A stretch of DNA of 30,449 nt from Myxococcota bacterium. Its GTDB lineage: Bacteria > Myxococcota_A > UBA9042 > PHBI01 > JAWLBL01. Positions 8,142 to 17,053 of this stretch are shown one piece after another (positions within the stretch are counted from its first letter, which is position 1; the number at the start of each line of letters is the position of its first letter). Under the pieces are notes generated by a model. That model saw nothing but the letters and a program-made list of their open reading frames with translations, was not told the origin of the DNA and made no database searches. The stretch spans positions 1-30,449 of the forward strand of contig JAWLBL010000047.1 in the NCBI GenBank assembly GCA_041687695.1, given 5' to 3'. Both the position numbers and the translations under genes were made by a program.

Positions 8142-9857
8142 ATGGCGATGGTTCACGGCGGCCGGTTGGTCGCCAAGGCGCTCAAGCTCGAAGGCGTGGA
8201 CTGCTTGTTCACGCTGTGTGGTGGCCACATCCAGGCGATCTACGACGGGTGCCTCGACGAGGGCATCCGGGTGGTCGACACGCGGCACGAGCAGACCGCG
8301 GCCCACGCGGCCGATGGCTGGGCGCGGATGACCGGGCGGCCGGGGGTGTGCGCGGTGACCGCCGGGCCGGGGGTGACCGACGCCGTGACGGCCGTGGCCA
8401 ACGCCTGGCGGGCCGGGGTGCCGATGGTCTGCATCGGCGGGGCCGGGCCGCGCGTGTTCACCCACATGGGGTCGCTGCAGGACATGGACCACGTCGCGCT
8501 GATGCGGCCCATCACCAAGTGGGCGGCCACGGTCACCGAGACGCGCCGGCTGCCCGAGTTCCTGTCCATCGCCTACCGCAAGGCGATGAGCGGCGTGCCG
8601 GGGCCGGTCTTCCTCGAGATCCCGCTCGACGTGCTGATGGAGATGGTCGACGAGGACAAGGTCCCGCTGCCGTCGCGCTATCGCTCGGACGCGCGGCCCG
8701 GGCCCGATCCGCTCCACCTCGACCGGGCCATCGATCTGCTGCGCTCGGCCGAGCGCCCCATGGCCATCGTCGGCTCGCAGCTGCGCTGGTCGCGGCGCCC
8801 GCAAGAGACCCTGGCGGGCTTTCTGTACGCGACCGGCATCCCCACCTTCGTCAACGGCATGGCGCGCGGCCTGGTCGACCCCGACGGGCCGCATTTCATG
8901 AACCGCTCGCGCAAGTTCGCCCTCAAGGGCGCCGATCTGGTGCTGATCTTCGGCACCCCCTTCGACTTCCGCCTGGGTTACGGGCAGTCCAGCCCCATCA
9001 AGGCCGGCCCGCAGAGCGGCCAGGCCGGGGCGCTGATGCTCAACCTGGCGCGGCCGGTGCTGGGGCGCGAGGTGAAGATCGTCCAGGTCGATCTCGACGG
9101 CGAAGAGCTGGGCCGCAACCGCGTCGAGGGCGTCGACGTGGGGCTGTGCGCCGACACGGGCCTGGTGCTCGAGGCGCTGGCCGAGGCGACCCGCGACGCC
9201 GACCGGGCGCGCTTTGCCCCCTGGCGCGACGCCGTGGCCGCCGAAGAGGCCAAGCAGTGGGCCAAGATGGACCCCGAGCTGACCGCCGAGGGCGACCCGC
9301 CGAACCCGCTGCGGGTGTGCGCCGAGGTCGGCCGCTTGCTGCGCCCGGGCGACATCGTGGTCGGCGACGGCGGCGACTTCGTCGGGACCGCGGCCTACGT
9401 GCTCAAGCCCTACGGCCTGTCGACCTGGATGGACCCGGGGCCGCTGGGGACCCTGGGCGTCGGCCCGGGGTACGCAATGGCGGCGCAGCTGGCCCGGCCC
9501 GATTCGCGGGTCATCATCATGTTCGGCGACGGCTCGTTCGGCCTGCACGCGATGGAGTTCGAGGCCATGGCGCGCCAGGGCCTGCCCGTCATCGGCATCG
9601 TCGGCAACGACGCCGGCTGGACGCAGATCCTGCGCGGCCAGCGGCAGATCTACGGCGACGCGCGCACGGTCGCGACCAAGCTGGACTACACCCGCTACGA
9701 GAAGGTCGTCGAGGCCTGCGGCGGCCACGGCGAGTGGGTCGAGACCACCGCCGACCTGCCCGCGGCGCTCGAGCGCGCCTTCGCCGCGGGCAAGCCGGCC
9801 CTGGTCAACGTCAAGCTGGGCGGCAGCGACTTCCGCTCGGGCGCCCTCAGCGTCTAG
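8142..9857 (+). CDS. Thiamine-diphosphate-dependent enzyme (acetolactate synthase-like / 2-hydroxyacyl-CoA lyase-like)
   Basis: FTLCGGHI, TRHEQTAAHAADGWAR, TAGPG, WMDPGPLGTLGVG and the ThDP motif GDGSFG...GND. Confidence 0.92.
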   Translation: MAMVHGGRLVAKALKLEGVDCLFTLCGGHIQAIYDGCLDEGIRVVDTRHEQTAAHAADGWARMTGRPGVCAVTAGPGVTDAVTAVANAWRAGVPMVCIGGAGPRVFTHMGSLQDMDHVALMRPITKWAATVTETRRLPEFLSIAYRKAMSGVPGPVFLEIPLDVLMEMVDEDKVPLPSRYRSDARPGPDPLHLDRAIDLLRSAERPMAIVGSQLRWSRRPQETLAGFLYATGIPTFVNGMARGLVDPDGPHFMNRSRKFALKGADLVLIFGTPFDFRLGYGQSSPIKAGPQSGQAGALMLNLARPVLGREVKIVQVDLDGEELGRNRVEGVDVGLCADTGLVLEALAEATRDADRARFAPWRDAVAAEEAKQWAKMDPELTAEGDPPNPLRVCAEVGRLLRPGDIVVGDGGDFVGTAAYVLKPYGLSTWMDPGPLGTLGVGPGYAMAAQLARPDSRVIIMFGDGSFGLHAMEFEAMARQGLPVIGIVGNDAGWTQILRGQRQIYGDARTVATKLDYTRYEKVVEACGGHGEWVETTADLPAALERAFAAGKPALVNVKLGGSDFRSGALSV

Positions 9858-9867
9858 GAGAGCGCCC

Positions 9868-10164
9868 ATGAAGCTCAGCCGCGCCCGTTTGACCGACGAC
9901 GAGATTCGCCAGCGTCTGGGCCAGCTCGACGGCTGGCACTTTCAGGGTGGCAAACTCCACAAGGATTACCAGTTCCGCGACTTCGCCCAGGCCTTCGCCT
10001 GGATGACCCGGGTCGCCGAGCAGGCCGAGGCGCTGGACCACCACCCCGAATGGTTCAACGTCTACCGCGACGTGCGCGTGGATCTGGCCACCCACGACGC
10101 CGGCGGCGTGACCGAGTACGACCTCGAGCTGGCCCGCCGGATGGACGCGGCGGTTCAGGGCTGA
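9868..10164 (+). CDS. phhB: Pterin-4-alpha-carbinolamine dehydratase
   Basis: FRDFAQAFAWM...AEALDHHPEWFNVY...LATHDAGGVTEYDLELA. Confidence 0.93.
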   Translation: MKLSRARLTDDEIRQRLGQLDGWHFQGGKLHKDYQFRDFAQAFAWMTRVAEQAEALDHHPEWFNVYRDVRVDLATHDAGGVTEYDLELARRMDAAVQG

Positions 10165-10541
10165 GAGGCGCCGCGAGCGGCGCCGATCCAACGAGCCCTC
10201 GCGAGCGAGGGCACTCCGAGGTGGAGCCGCTTCGGGGAGGAGGCGCCGCGAGCGGGGGCACTCCGCTTCGAGCGGCACCTGGAGTGCCCGCGCTGGCGCG
10301 GGCTCGTCGGTTTGCAAAGCTCGCGGCGCCGACTCCGATGACCACGGGCACCTCGCGGCGTCGTTCGAGGCTATCCTGTGGAGTGCCCGCGCTCGCGCGG
10401 GCTCGCTGGTTTGCAAAGCTCGCGGCGCCGACTCCGATGACCACGGGCACCTCGCGGCGTCGTTCGAGGCTATCCTGTGGAGTGCCCGCGCTCGCGCGGG
10501 CTCGTCGGTTTGCAAAGCTCGCGGCGCCCACTCTGATGACT
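10165..10541. repeat. REP/BIME-like cluster: two inverted REP copies plus about 2.6 tandem 99-bp units
   Basis: GGAGTGCCCGCGCT(C/G)GCGCGGGCTCG at 10281, 10380 and 10479 (+); inverted copies at 10191-10217 and 10240-10264. Lies between convergent genes. Confidence 0.85.
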
Positions 10542-11439
10542 AGGACCCCTCGACGCCGACCTCGAAGGCGGGCGGCTGCGTCCCATCCACGTCGGTGAAC
10601 CCGTACTCGCGCGCCAGGTCCGCGACGCGGAACGCCCGGCCGGACCTGTCCATCACGTTCGGATCGCTGGCCAGGGCGACGACGGCGCGGCCGATGTAGT
10701 GGACCGACTCGGTGCGGGCCAGCTCGGGCTTGTCGCGCCACGAGGTCTCGTCGGCCTTCGAGAAGGCCAGGACCAGCTCGGTACGCATGAAGCCGGGCGA
10801 CAGCGCCACCGAGGCGACGCCATGGGGCCGCAGCTCGTGGGCCATCCCGAAGGCCAGCCGCACCATGGCCGCCTTGGCCAGGTCGTACAGCAGGTTGCCA
10901 CCCAGGTAGCGGTCGCGATCCCAGAAGGTGGTCGTCACGACCAGCCCCCGCCCTTGCTTCATCAGCAGCGGCGCCGCCACCTGCGAGGCCAGCAGGTGGT
11001 TGCGCACCCCGCGGTCGAACATGCCCTCCCACTGCATCAGCGGCTGCTCCCAGAAGGGGCGCTCGAAGGCGGTGGGCTCGAAGGTCTCGTGGGCGCCCCA
11101 GGCGTTGTTGACCAGCAGATCCAGCCGGCCTTGCTCGCGCTCGACCTGCGCGAACAGCGCGCGCACCTGCGCCGCGTCGGTGTGGTCGCAGCGCACCGGG
11201 ACCCCGCGCCCGCCCGCCCGGGTGACCGCCTCGGCCGTGTCCTCGATGGTCCCCGGCATGCCGGCCATCCCGGCGGCGCTCGTGAACCGCTCGTACGTCG
11301 TGGCCGGCGCCTCGCGGGTCGTCCGCCCCGTCACGACCACCGTCGCGCCCGCCGCGCCCAGCTCGACCGCGATGCCCCGGCCCGCCCCGCGGGTCGCCCC
11401 GGTCACCACCGCCACCACGTCCTTCAACTCGCCTCGCAT
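10540..11439 (-). CDS. Short-chain dehydrogenase/reductase (DHRS1-like)
   Basis: VTGATRGAGRGIA, LDLLVNNA, the YxxxK motif YDLAK, and LSPGFMRTE. Confidence 0.92.
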   Translation of the reverse strand: MRGELKDVVAVVTGATRGAGRGIAVELGAAGATVVVTGRTTREAPATTYERFTSAAGMAGMPGTIEDTAEAVTRAGGRGVPVRCDHTDAAQVRALFAQVEREQGRLDLLVNNAWGAHETFEPTAFERPFWEQPLMQWEGMFDRGVRNHLLASQVAAPLLMKQGRGLVVTTTFWDRDRYLGGNLLYDLAKAAMVRLAFGMAHELRPHGVASVALSPGFMRTELVLAFSKADETSWRDKPELARTESVHYIGRAVVALASDPNVMDRSGRAFRVADLAREYGFTDVDGTQPPAFEVGVEGS

Positions 11440-11463
11440 CGGAACCTCCTTGGTCCCGGCAAG

Positions 11464-12294
11464 CTACGCGGCGCGGCCCGCCCCGTCTTGGAAGAACCCG
11501 AACGCCGCCAGCTCGCCCGGCGTCCGGCCCGCCAGCGCCCGGAACTCGTGGGTCAGGTGCGCCTGGTCGTAATAGCCGCACGCCGCGGCCAGGTCGGCCC
11601 AGCCCAGCGGCTCGGCCAGCGCCAGGTCGATGGCCTGCCGAAAGCGCGCCACCCGGCTCAGCGCCTTGGGCGACAGCCCCACCGTCCGCTCGAACAGCTG
11701 CTGCAGCCGCCGCTCGCCCACCCCCACCTCGGCCGCCACCTCGCTCACCCGCGCCTGCCCGCCGCTGGCCAGCACGCGCCCCACCGCCGCCGCCGCCCGC
11801 GGGTCGGGCCGCTCGTCGACGCAGGCCAGCCTCTCGGAGAGCGCCGCGGCCACGATCTCGGCCCGCGCCGCCACCGGCGCCGCCGCCAGCCGCTCCAGCG
11901 TGCGCTCGGCCAGGTCGCCCCACAGCGCCCCCAGCGGCACGTCGCGCCCGTTCACCTCGCCGGCCGGCACCCCCAGCACCGCCGCCACGGCGCCCGGCCG
12001 CAGCTGCACCCCCACGTGCTCGAGCGTGCCCGAAAAGCGCAGCTCCGTCGGCCCCAGCCGCCCGCCGGCGGCTACGGCCAGGCGCCGCTCGCCCAGCTCG
12101 AAGACCAGGTGGACCGCGCCATCGGGCAGCACCCGCTCGACCTCCTCGGCCGCGAAGCGCTCGACCCCGGCCGTCACCCGCTCGACGTAGCGCCCCAGCG
12201 GCCCGGCCGGCCGGACCTCGACCTGGGCGGGCCCGGCCGCCCGCGGGTTGGACCACAGGACGGCGCGCTGCTCGGTGCGGACGTAGATGCGCAT
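11464..12294 (-). CDS. AraC-family transcriptional regulator
   Basis: ERVLPDGAVHLVF N-terminal domain; RRLQQLFERTVGLSPK...RF...WADLAAACGYYDQAHLTHEFRALAGRTP. Start placed at MRIYV (12294). Confidence 0.9.
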   Translation of the reverse strand: MRIYVRTEQRAVLWSNPRAAGPAQVEVRPAGPLGRYVERVTAGVERFAAEEVERVLPDGAVHLVFELGERRLAVAAGGRLGPTELRFSGTLEHVGVQLRPGAVAAVLGVPAGEVNGRDVPLGALWGDLAERTLERLAAAPVAARAEIVAAALSERLACVDERPDPRAAAAVGRVLASGGQARVSEVAAEVGVGERRLQQLFERTVGLSPKALSRVARFRQAIDLALAEPLGWADLAAACGYYDQAHLTHEFRALAGRTPGELAAFGFFQDGAGRAA

Positions 12295-12338
12295 GGCCGC
12301 AGCCTGCCACGGCCGCGGCGGCGGATCGAGGGGCGTCT

Positions 12339-13685
12339 TCAGGCGCTGGCCTTGGCGGCGCCCACCTCGCGGGGGCGGCCGTCGGGGCCGACCAGCTGGA
12401 TCTGCTGGCGCGGGATGACGGGGATGATGCGGCCGTCGTGCTCGGGGCGGGCGGTGGCCTCGGCCAGGGCCAGCGAGAGGGCGGACTTGGCGAGGCGGCG
12501 GCCGCGGGCGGGGACCAGGTAGCGGACGGTCAGGTTGGTCCAGGCGTCGTCGAGCGAGAGGAAGACCACCGGCGCGTGCGGGATGCGCATCTCCAGGCCG
12601 GAGACCTGCAGCAGGCGCTCGTACTCGGCGGCGGGGCCGGCCATGTCCTCGCCCAGGGTCTGGCGGGCGACCTGCTCGACGACGTCGCGGGCGTAACGCA
12701 GCTCGGACTCGTTGGCCACCGGGTAGACCAGCTCGTCCCAGACGAACGGGAAGTCGCGGGTCAGGTTGGTGACGGTGCCGGTCAGGATCTCGCTGTTGGG
12801 GAAGGTGATGAGGCGGCCGGTGGGCTGCTCGGCGTTGACGAAGCCCTGGCGGCCCGGGCCGCCGATCTCCCAGACGGTGGTGGTCAGGAAGTCGATGGCG
12901 TACACGTCGCCGAAGACGTCGCCGACGGCGATGCGGTCGCCGACCCGGTAGTAGCCCTGGAACGAGTTGAGCAGCCAGCCGGTGAACGACTCGATGGGCG
13001 TCTGCAGCGCCCAGGACAGAGCCAGGCCGACCAGGCCGATGGAGCCGACCAGGGCGCGGACGTCGCCGGCCAGGACGCTGAGCGCGATGCCGAAGGCCAG
13101 CAGCCACACGGCGATGCTGGTCATCGCGGTGACGGCGTGGGCCTTCTCCCACCGGCCGAGGGTGCGGCGCAGCACGGGGCGCAGCAGCTTGAGGACCAGC
13201 CAGGCCAGCAGCAGCGCGCCCAGGGCGACGATGGCCTTGGGCAGCAGCGACAGGAAGCCCTCGCGCAGGGTGCGGACGGTGCGCTGCAGCTCGGAGGCCG
13301 AGGCGCGGCCGACCTCGCCGGCGTCGCGGGGGGCCGGGGGCTCGGGCTCGGCGGCCTCGGCCTCGGGCTCGGTCTCCGGCTCGGCCGGGGCCTCGGTGGC
13401 CGGCGCGTCGGGCTCCTGCGCCGCGGTCTCCTCGAGGCCGAACAGGGTCAGCAGCAGGCCGGTCATGGCGACCGCCAGCATCGAGCCGACGCGGAAGCGC
13501 CGCAGGCTCTGCCGGGCGCCCGCGACCGCACGGCCGGGGCGGCGGCGCGTCGCCTGTCGGCGGCGTCCGGGGCGGGGGCGCGGGCGGGCGCGCGAGCTGG
13601 GGGCGCGGACCGGGCGCGCGCGCGTCGCGGCGTCATCGTCGCGGTCGGGGCGCGCGCCGAGCCGCCCGTAGCGGCGTCTGGGCAT
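12339..13685 (-). CDS. mscS: Small-conductance mechanosensitive channel (MscS family); start uncertain (13685 or 13481)
   Basis: Transmembrane helices; GLVGLALSWALQ...YRVGDRI...GDVYAIDFLTT...ITFPNS...NLTRDFPFVWDE. Confidence 0.85.
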   Translation of the reverse strand: MPRRRYGRLGARPDRDDDAATRARPVRAPSSRARPRPRPGRRRQATRRRPGRAVAGARQSLRRFRVGSMLAVAMTGLLLTLFGLEETAAQEPDAPATEAPAEPETEPEAEAAEPEPPAPRDAGEVGRASASELQRTVRTLREGFLSLLPKAIVALGALLLAWLVLKLLRPVLRRTLGRWEKAHAVTAMTSIAVWLLAFGIALSVLAGDVRALVGSIGLVGLALSWALQTPIESFTGWLLNSFQGYYRVGDRIAVGDVFGDVYAIDFLTTTVWEIGGPGRQGFVNAEQPTGRLITFPNSEILTGTVTNLTRDFPFVWDELVYPVANESELRYARDVVEQVARQTLGEDMAGPAAEYERLLQVSGLEMRIPHAPVVFLSLDDAWTNLTVRYLVPARGRRLAKSALSLALAEATARPEHDGRIIPVIPRQQIQLVGPDGRPREVGAAKASA

Positions 13686-13782
13686 GGGAGGGTGGGGGCA
13701 GCGGGGGAGGGAGATCTCTTGGTATCACGCTCCCTGCGCCGCGGCACGCCTCGGACCGCGAAGGGCTCGGGGCGCCGGGGCC

Positions 13783-14298
13783 TCAGCCGCCCGAGGCGAT
13801 GCGCTTGACCGCCTCGAGCGCCTCGCTGACGTGCTTCCGGGCGAAGAGCTGCGAGTCGAACTTGTGCCGGATGAGCCCCTGCGCATCGACCACGTAGGTC
13901 GAGCGGCCCGGCAGCAGGCCCAGGGTGGACTTGACGCCGAAGGCCTTGCGGACGGCGTTGGCCTTGTCGCTCAGCAGCACGAAGGGCAGGCGGTGCTTGT
14001 CGCGGAAGGCGGCGTGGGCGGTCGCGTCGTCGCCCGACAGGCCGACCACCTCGGCGCCGGCGTCCTTGAAGACCTCGTACTCGTCGCGGAAGCTGCAGGC
14101 CTCGGCGGTGCAGCCCGGGGTGTCGTCCTTGGGGTAGAAGTAGATGACGACCGGGCCCTTGCCCAGCAGCTCGTCCGAGGCGACGACCCGGCCGTCGGCG
14201 TCGGGCAGGGCGAAGCGCGGGATGCGGTCGCCGACCTGCAGCGGGCGGTCGGCGGGCGGGGGCAGCTCGAGGCGCGAGGCGTCGGCGGGGCTGGTCAT
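13783..14298 (-). CDS. bcp: Peroxiredoxin, BCP/PrxQ type
   Basis: YFYPKDDTPGCTAEACSFRD, LPFVLLSD and GRSTYVVD. ATGA overlap with the upstream gene. Confidence 0.93.
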   Translation of the reverse strand: MTSPADASRLELPPPADRPLQVGDRIPRFALPDADGRVVASDELLGKGPVVIYFYPKDDTPGCTAEACSFRDEYEVFKDAGAEVVGLSGDDATAHAAFRDKHRLPFVLLSDKANAVRKAFGVKSTLGLLPGRSTYVVDAQGLIRHKFDSQLFARKHVSEALEAVKRIASGG

Positions 14299-15644
14299 GG
14301 CGGGCCTCCAGAGGCGGGCAGGGTGAGGACGCCGGGCCGCGGGGCAGCGTCGGCGTCGCACAGGCCCCGCAGTATCGCCGCCGCGCGCGGCACGTCCAGC
14401 CGCGAGACGCCGGTCAGCGTGACCTGGGTCACGCCGCGATCGGCCAGCCGGCGGGCCAGCGGGGGCGGGAAGGGCGCGGCCGCGGGCTCGTTCCAGACGC
14501 CGTCCGGGCGGCGGGCGACGTGCAGGCGGGCGGTCGACACGTCCAGGTGGACCAGGCCGTCCGGCGGGTCGGCGGGGGCGGTGGTGAAGGCGCCGTCCCA
14601 GCGGTGGACCTGCATCAGCGCGGCCAGGGCGCTGTCGACTCGCCGGCCGTGGCGGTCCGAAGGGGCGCGCGACCAGGCGGGCAGGGCGGCCCAGGGCGTC
14701 GCGGCGGCGGCGTCGAGCAGGATCGGCAGGGCGGGCAGCGGGGCGCCGCGCTCCCAGGCGTCGGCGGCCTGGGCCAGCAGCGGCGTCAGCGGGCTGGGGG
14801 CGCTGGCGGCGTCCAGCAGCTTGCTCCAGGCGGGCACACGCAGGCCGTCCGGGTACAGGGGCGGCTCGCCGCGGGTCAGCCAGTCCTGCCACTCGGCCAG
14901 GGCCAGGGCGCGGGCGGCGACCGGGCCGGCCAGCGCCTCCCAGGCGGCGAAGGGCCGCGGCGAGGACAGCAGAGCCAGCAGCGGCCCTTCGCCGAAGCGG
15001 TCGGCGAGCTCCTGGCCCAGCAGCAAGAAGGGCGCGGCGGCGGGCAGGGCCTCGTCGGGGACCTGGGGCAGCAGGTGCCGCGGGTCGGCGCGCCAGCCCA
15101 GCAGCGCGGCGGCGGCCTCGACGACCATCCAGGGCGCGGGCGGGCCCTGGGTCGCGCCGGCGGGGCCGTGGCACAGCTCGTGGACCAGGGTCGGCGCCAG
15201 CTGCAGATCGATCAGCGCGTCGGGGTCGGCGCCGGCGGCCAGCGCCTGGGCCAGCCGGGTCTGCTCGGTCAGGCCGGCGCCCAGCATCGGGACCCCCGGC
15301 CCGAAGCAGCTGGGCGCGTACAGGGCGGCCAGGGTGGGCCGGGCGGCCAGCAGCGCGGCGGCGTCGGGCGCGCCCAGGTGGTGCTGGGGCGACAAGCCAT
15401 GGGCGCTCAGGGTCGCCGCCAGCGCGTCCAGGGCGGCGCACAGGCGGGGGGCGCGCGCCGGCGTCAGCGGGCGGTGCAGCAGGGCCGCGGCCGGCCAGGC
15501 GTCCGTCTCGAGCTGTTGGCGGCGCAGCGCGGGCTGCTGGCCCCGGTACCAGGCGTCGAGCCGCGCGTGCAGCGCCTCGTCGCCAGTCAGCCGGCGCGCC
15601 TCGCGCAGGGTCGCCTCGACGAGCGGCGGCGCCTCACCCGGCAA
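14295..15644 (-). CDS. Hypothetical HExxH protein (paralog 2)
   Basis: LVHELCH (15182-15168) with a downstream Glu (VVEAAA). Full-length similarity to 17054-18361. Overlaps the 3' end of the radical SAM gene. Confidence 0.75.
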   Translation of the reverse strand: MPGEAPPLVEATLREARRLTGDEALHARLDAWYRGQQPALRRQQLETDAWPAAALLHRPLTPARAPRLCAALDALAATLSAHGLSPQHHLGAPDAAALLAARPTLAALYAPSCFGPGVPMLGAGLTEQTRLAQALAAGADPDALIDLQLAPTLVHELCHGPAGATQGPPAPWMVVEAAAALLGWRADPRHLLPQVPDEALPAAAPFLLLGQELADRFGEGPLLALLSSPRPFAAWEALAGPVAARALALAEWQDWLTRGEPPLYPDGLRVPAWSKLLDAASAPSPLTPLLAQAADAWERGAPLPALPILLDAAAATPWAALPAWSRAPSDRHGRRVDSALAALMQVHRWDGAFTTAPADPPDGLVHLDVSTARLHVARRPDGVWNEPAAAPFPPPLARRLADRGVTQVTLTGVSRLDVPRAAAILRGLCDADAAPRPGVLTLPASGGPP

Positions 15645-17043
15645 CGGCCGCCTCGGCGGGGGCGGGCAGGGGCGTGGGCGCCGAAAACCGTCGGATCGTG
15701 CGCTGGTTGTGCTGCGCCTTGAAGCGCACGCACTCGGCGATCTTGTCGCGCACGGCGTCCGAGTAGCGGAAGTAGTCCAGGGCCAGCGTCGGGTCGACCT
15801 CGCTCTCGCGCAGGGCCGCCTCGGCGCCCAGTTCGAAGGCGTTGGGCTCGTCGACGATGCGCTGGGCGTCCAGCCACCAGCGGGTGAAGCCGTACTCGGC
15901 GTGGTGGCGGTCGTAGATGGCGGTGCCGGGGAAGGGCACCAGCACGCCGCGGGTGTTGAAGTAGTCGGTGGCCTCGGACAGCTCGATCATTAGATCGAGC
16001 GTCCGCTGCAGCTGCTCGACCCCCTCGCCGGGGAAGCCGAACATGAAGTTGACGATGGTGGTCATGCCCTCGGCCTTGGCGGCGGCGACGGCGGCGCGGA
16101 CGTTGTCGGGGCGCTGGCCCTTCTGGATGTCGCGCAGCACCTGCGGGTCGCCGCTCTCGAGGCCGAAGTTGATGGCGACGCAGCCGGCGCGGCGCATGCG
16201 CTGCAGATCGTGCGGCTTGACCATGTTGCCCGGGGTGATGCAGCTCCAGGTCGCGCCGTCCAGCTCGGGCCGGGCCGCGATGGCGTCGCACAGGGCGTTG
16301 AGGCGCGGGCGCAGCGCGGTGAAGGCGTCGTCCCAGAAGGGGAAGTGCCGGACGCCGTGGCGCTCGGCCAGCGCGGCCATCTCGGCGACGACGTTGTCGG
16401 CCGTGCGCCAGCGGTAGGCGCGCCCGGTGACGTAGTTGGCGCAGAAGGTGCAGCGCGCCGGGCAGCCGCGGCTGGTCATCAGGCCGCCCGGGACCACCGC
16501 CTGGCCGTCCGGCGAGTACCAGGCCATGTCGAAGCAGCCGTAGCTCTCGTAGGGGTAGGCCAGCGCGTTCAGGTCGTCCAGCGCGACGTAGGGCCGGCTG
16601 ATCCCGTCGGCCCAGGTCAGCCCCGGCAGGTCGGGGCGCGCGTTCAGCCCGCGGTCCACGAAGCGGGCCAGCGCCACGATGGCCTGCTCGCCCTCGCCGG
16701 CGACCGCAACGTCGAAGCCGTGCGCGACCGGCTCGCGCGGATCCACCGTCACGTGCGGGCCGCCCGCGACCGTCAGCCGCGCCAGGCCCGCCAGCCGCCG
16801 CGCCAGCGCGTAGCCGCGCGCCGCGTTGTAGGTGAACAGGGTCATCCCGACGAGGTCGGGCGCGAACTCGCGCGCCATGCGCTCGGCGTCGTCGTCGGTG
16901 CCGGTCCAGCGCGTCGCCGCCAGATCCAGGCAGCGCACCTCGTGGCCGTCGCGGAGCAGGCTCGCCGCGATGTACTGCTGCCCCAGATAGGGCGCCCCCA
17001 TGCGCTGCGGGAGCCGGGGCAGGATGAGGAGGACGCGCGCCAT
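15634..17043 (-). CDS. Cobalamin (B12)-binding radical SAM protein
   Basis: N-terminal B12-binding domain (DLVGMT, VAGGPHVT, VAGEGE); SRGCPARCTFC CxxxCxxC motif; FWDDAF, FGLESG and FMFGFPGE. Start MARVLL at 17043. Confidence 0.92.
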   Translation of the reverse strand: MARVLLILPRLPQRMGAPYLGQQYIAASLLRDGHEVRCLDLAATRWTGTDDDAERMAREFAPDLVGMTLFTYNAARGYALARRLAGLARLTVAGGPHVTVDPREPVAHGFDVAVAGEGEQAIVALARFVDRGLNARPDLPGLTWADGISRPYVALDDLNALAYPYESYGCFDMAWYSPDGQAVVPGGLMTSRGCPARCTFCANYVTGRAYRWRTADNVVAEMAALAERHGVRHFPFWDDAFTALRPRLNALCDAIAARPELDGATWSCITPGNMVKPHDLQRMRRAGCVAINFGLESGDPQVLRDIQKGQRPDNVRAAVAAAKAEGMTTIVNFMFGFPGEGVEQLQRTLDLMIELSEATDYFNTRGVLVPFPGTAIYDRHHAEYGFTRWWLDAQRIVDEPNAFELGAEAALRESEVDPTLALDYFRYSDAVRDKIAECVRFKAQHNQRTIRRFSAPTPLPAPAEAAVAG

Positions 17044-17053
17044 GTCCGAGACC

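Noticed and set aside
10281..10541. CRISPR array or a coding repeat (track ORFs 10050-10598 and 9847-10515)
   Set aside because: The sequences between repeats are identical, and the ORFs lack Shine-Dalgarno sites and codon bias and overlap real genes.
11464..13152. A 562-aa AraC fusion
   Set aside because: The N-terminal half is an out-of-frame shadow of mscS; the real start is about 12294.
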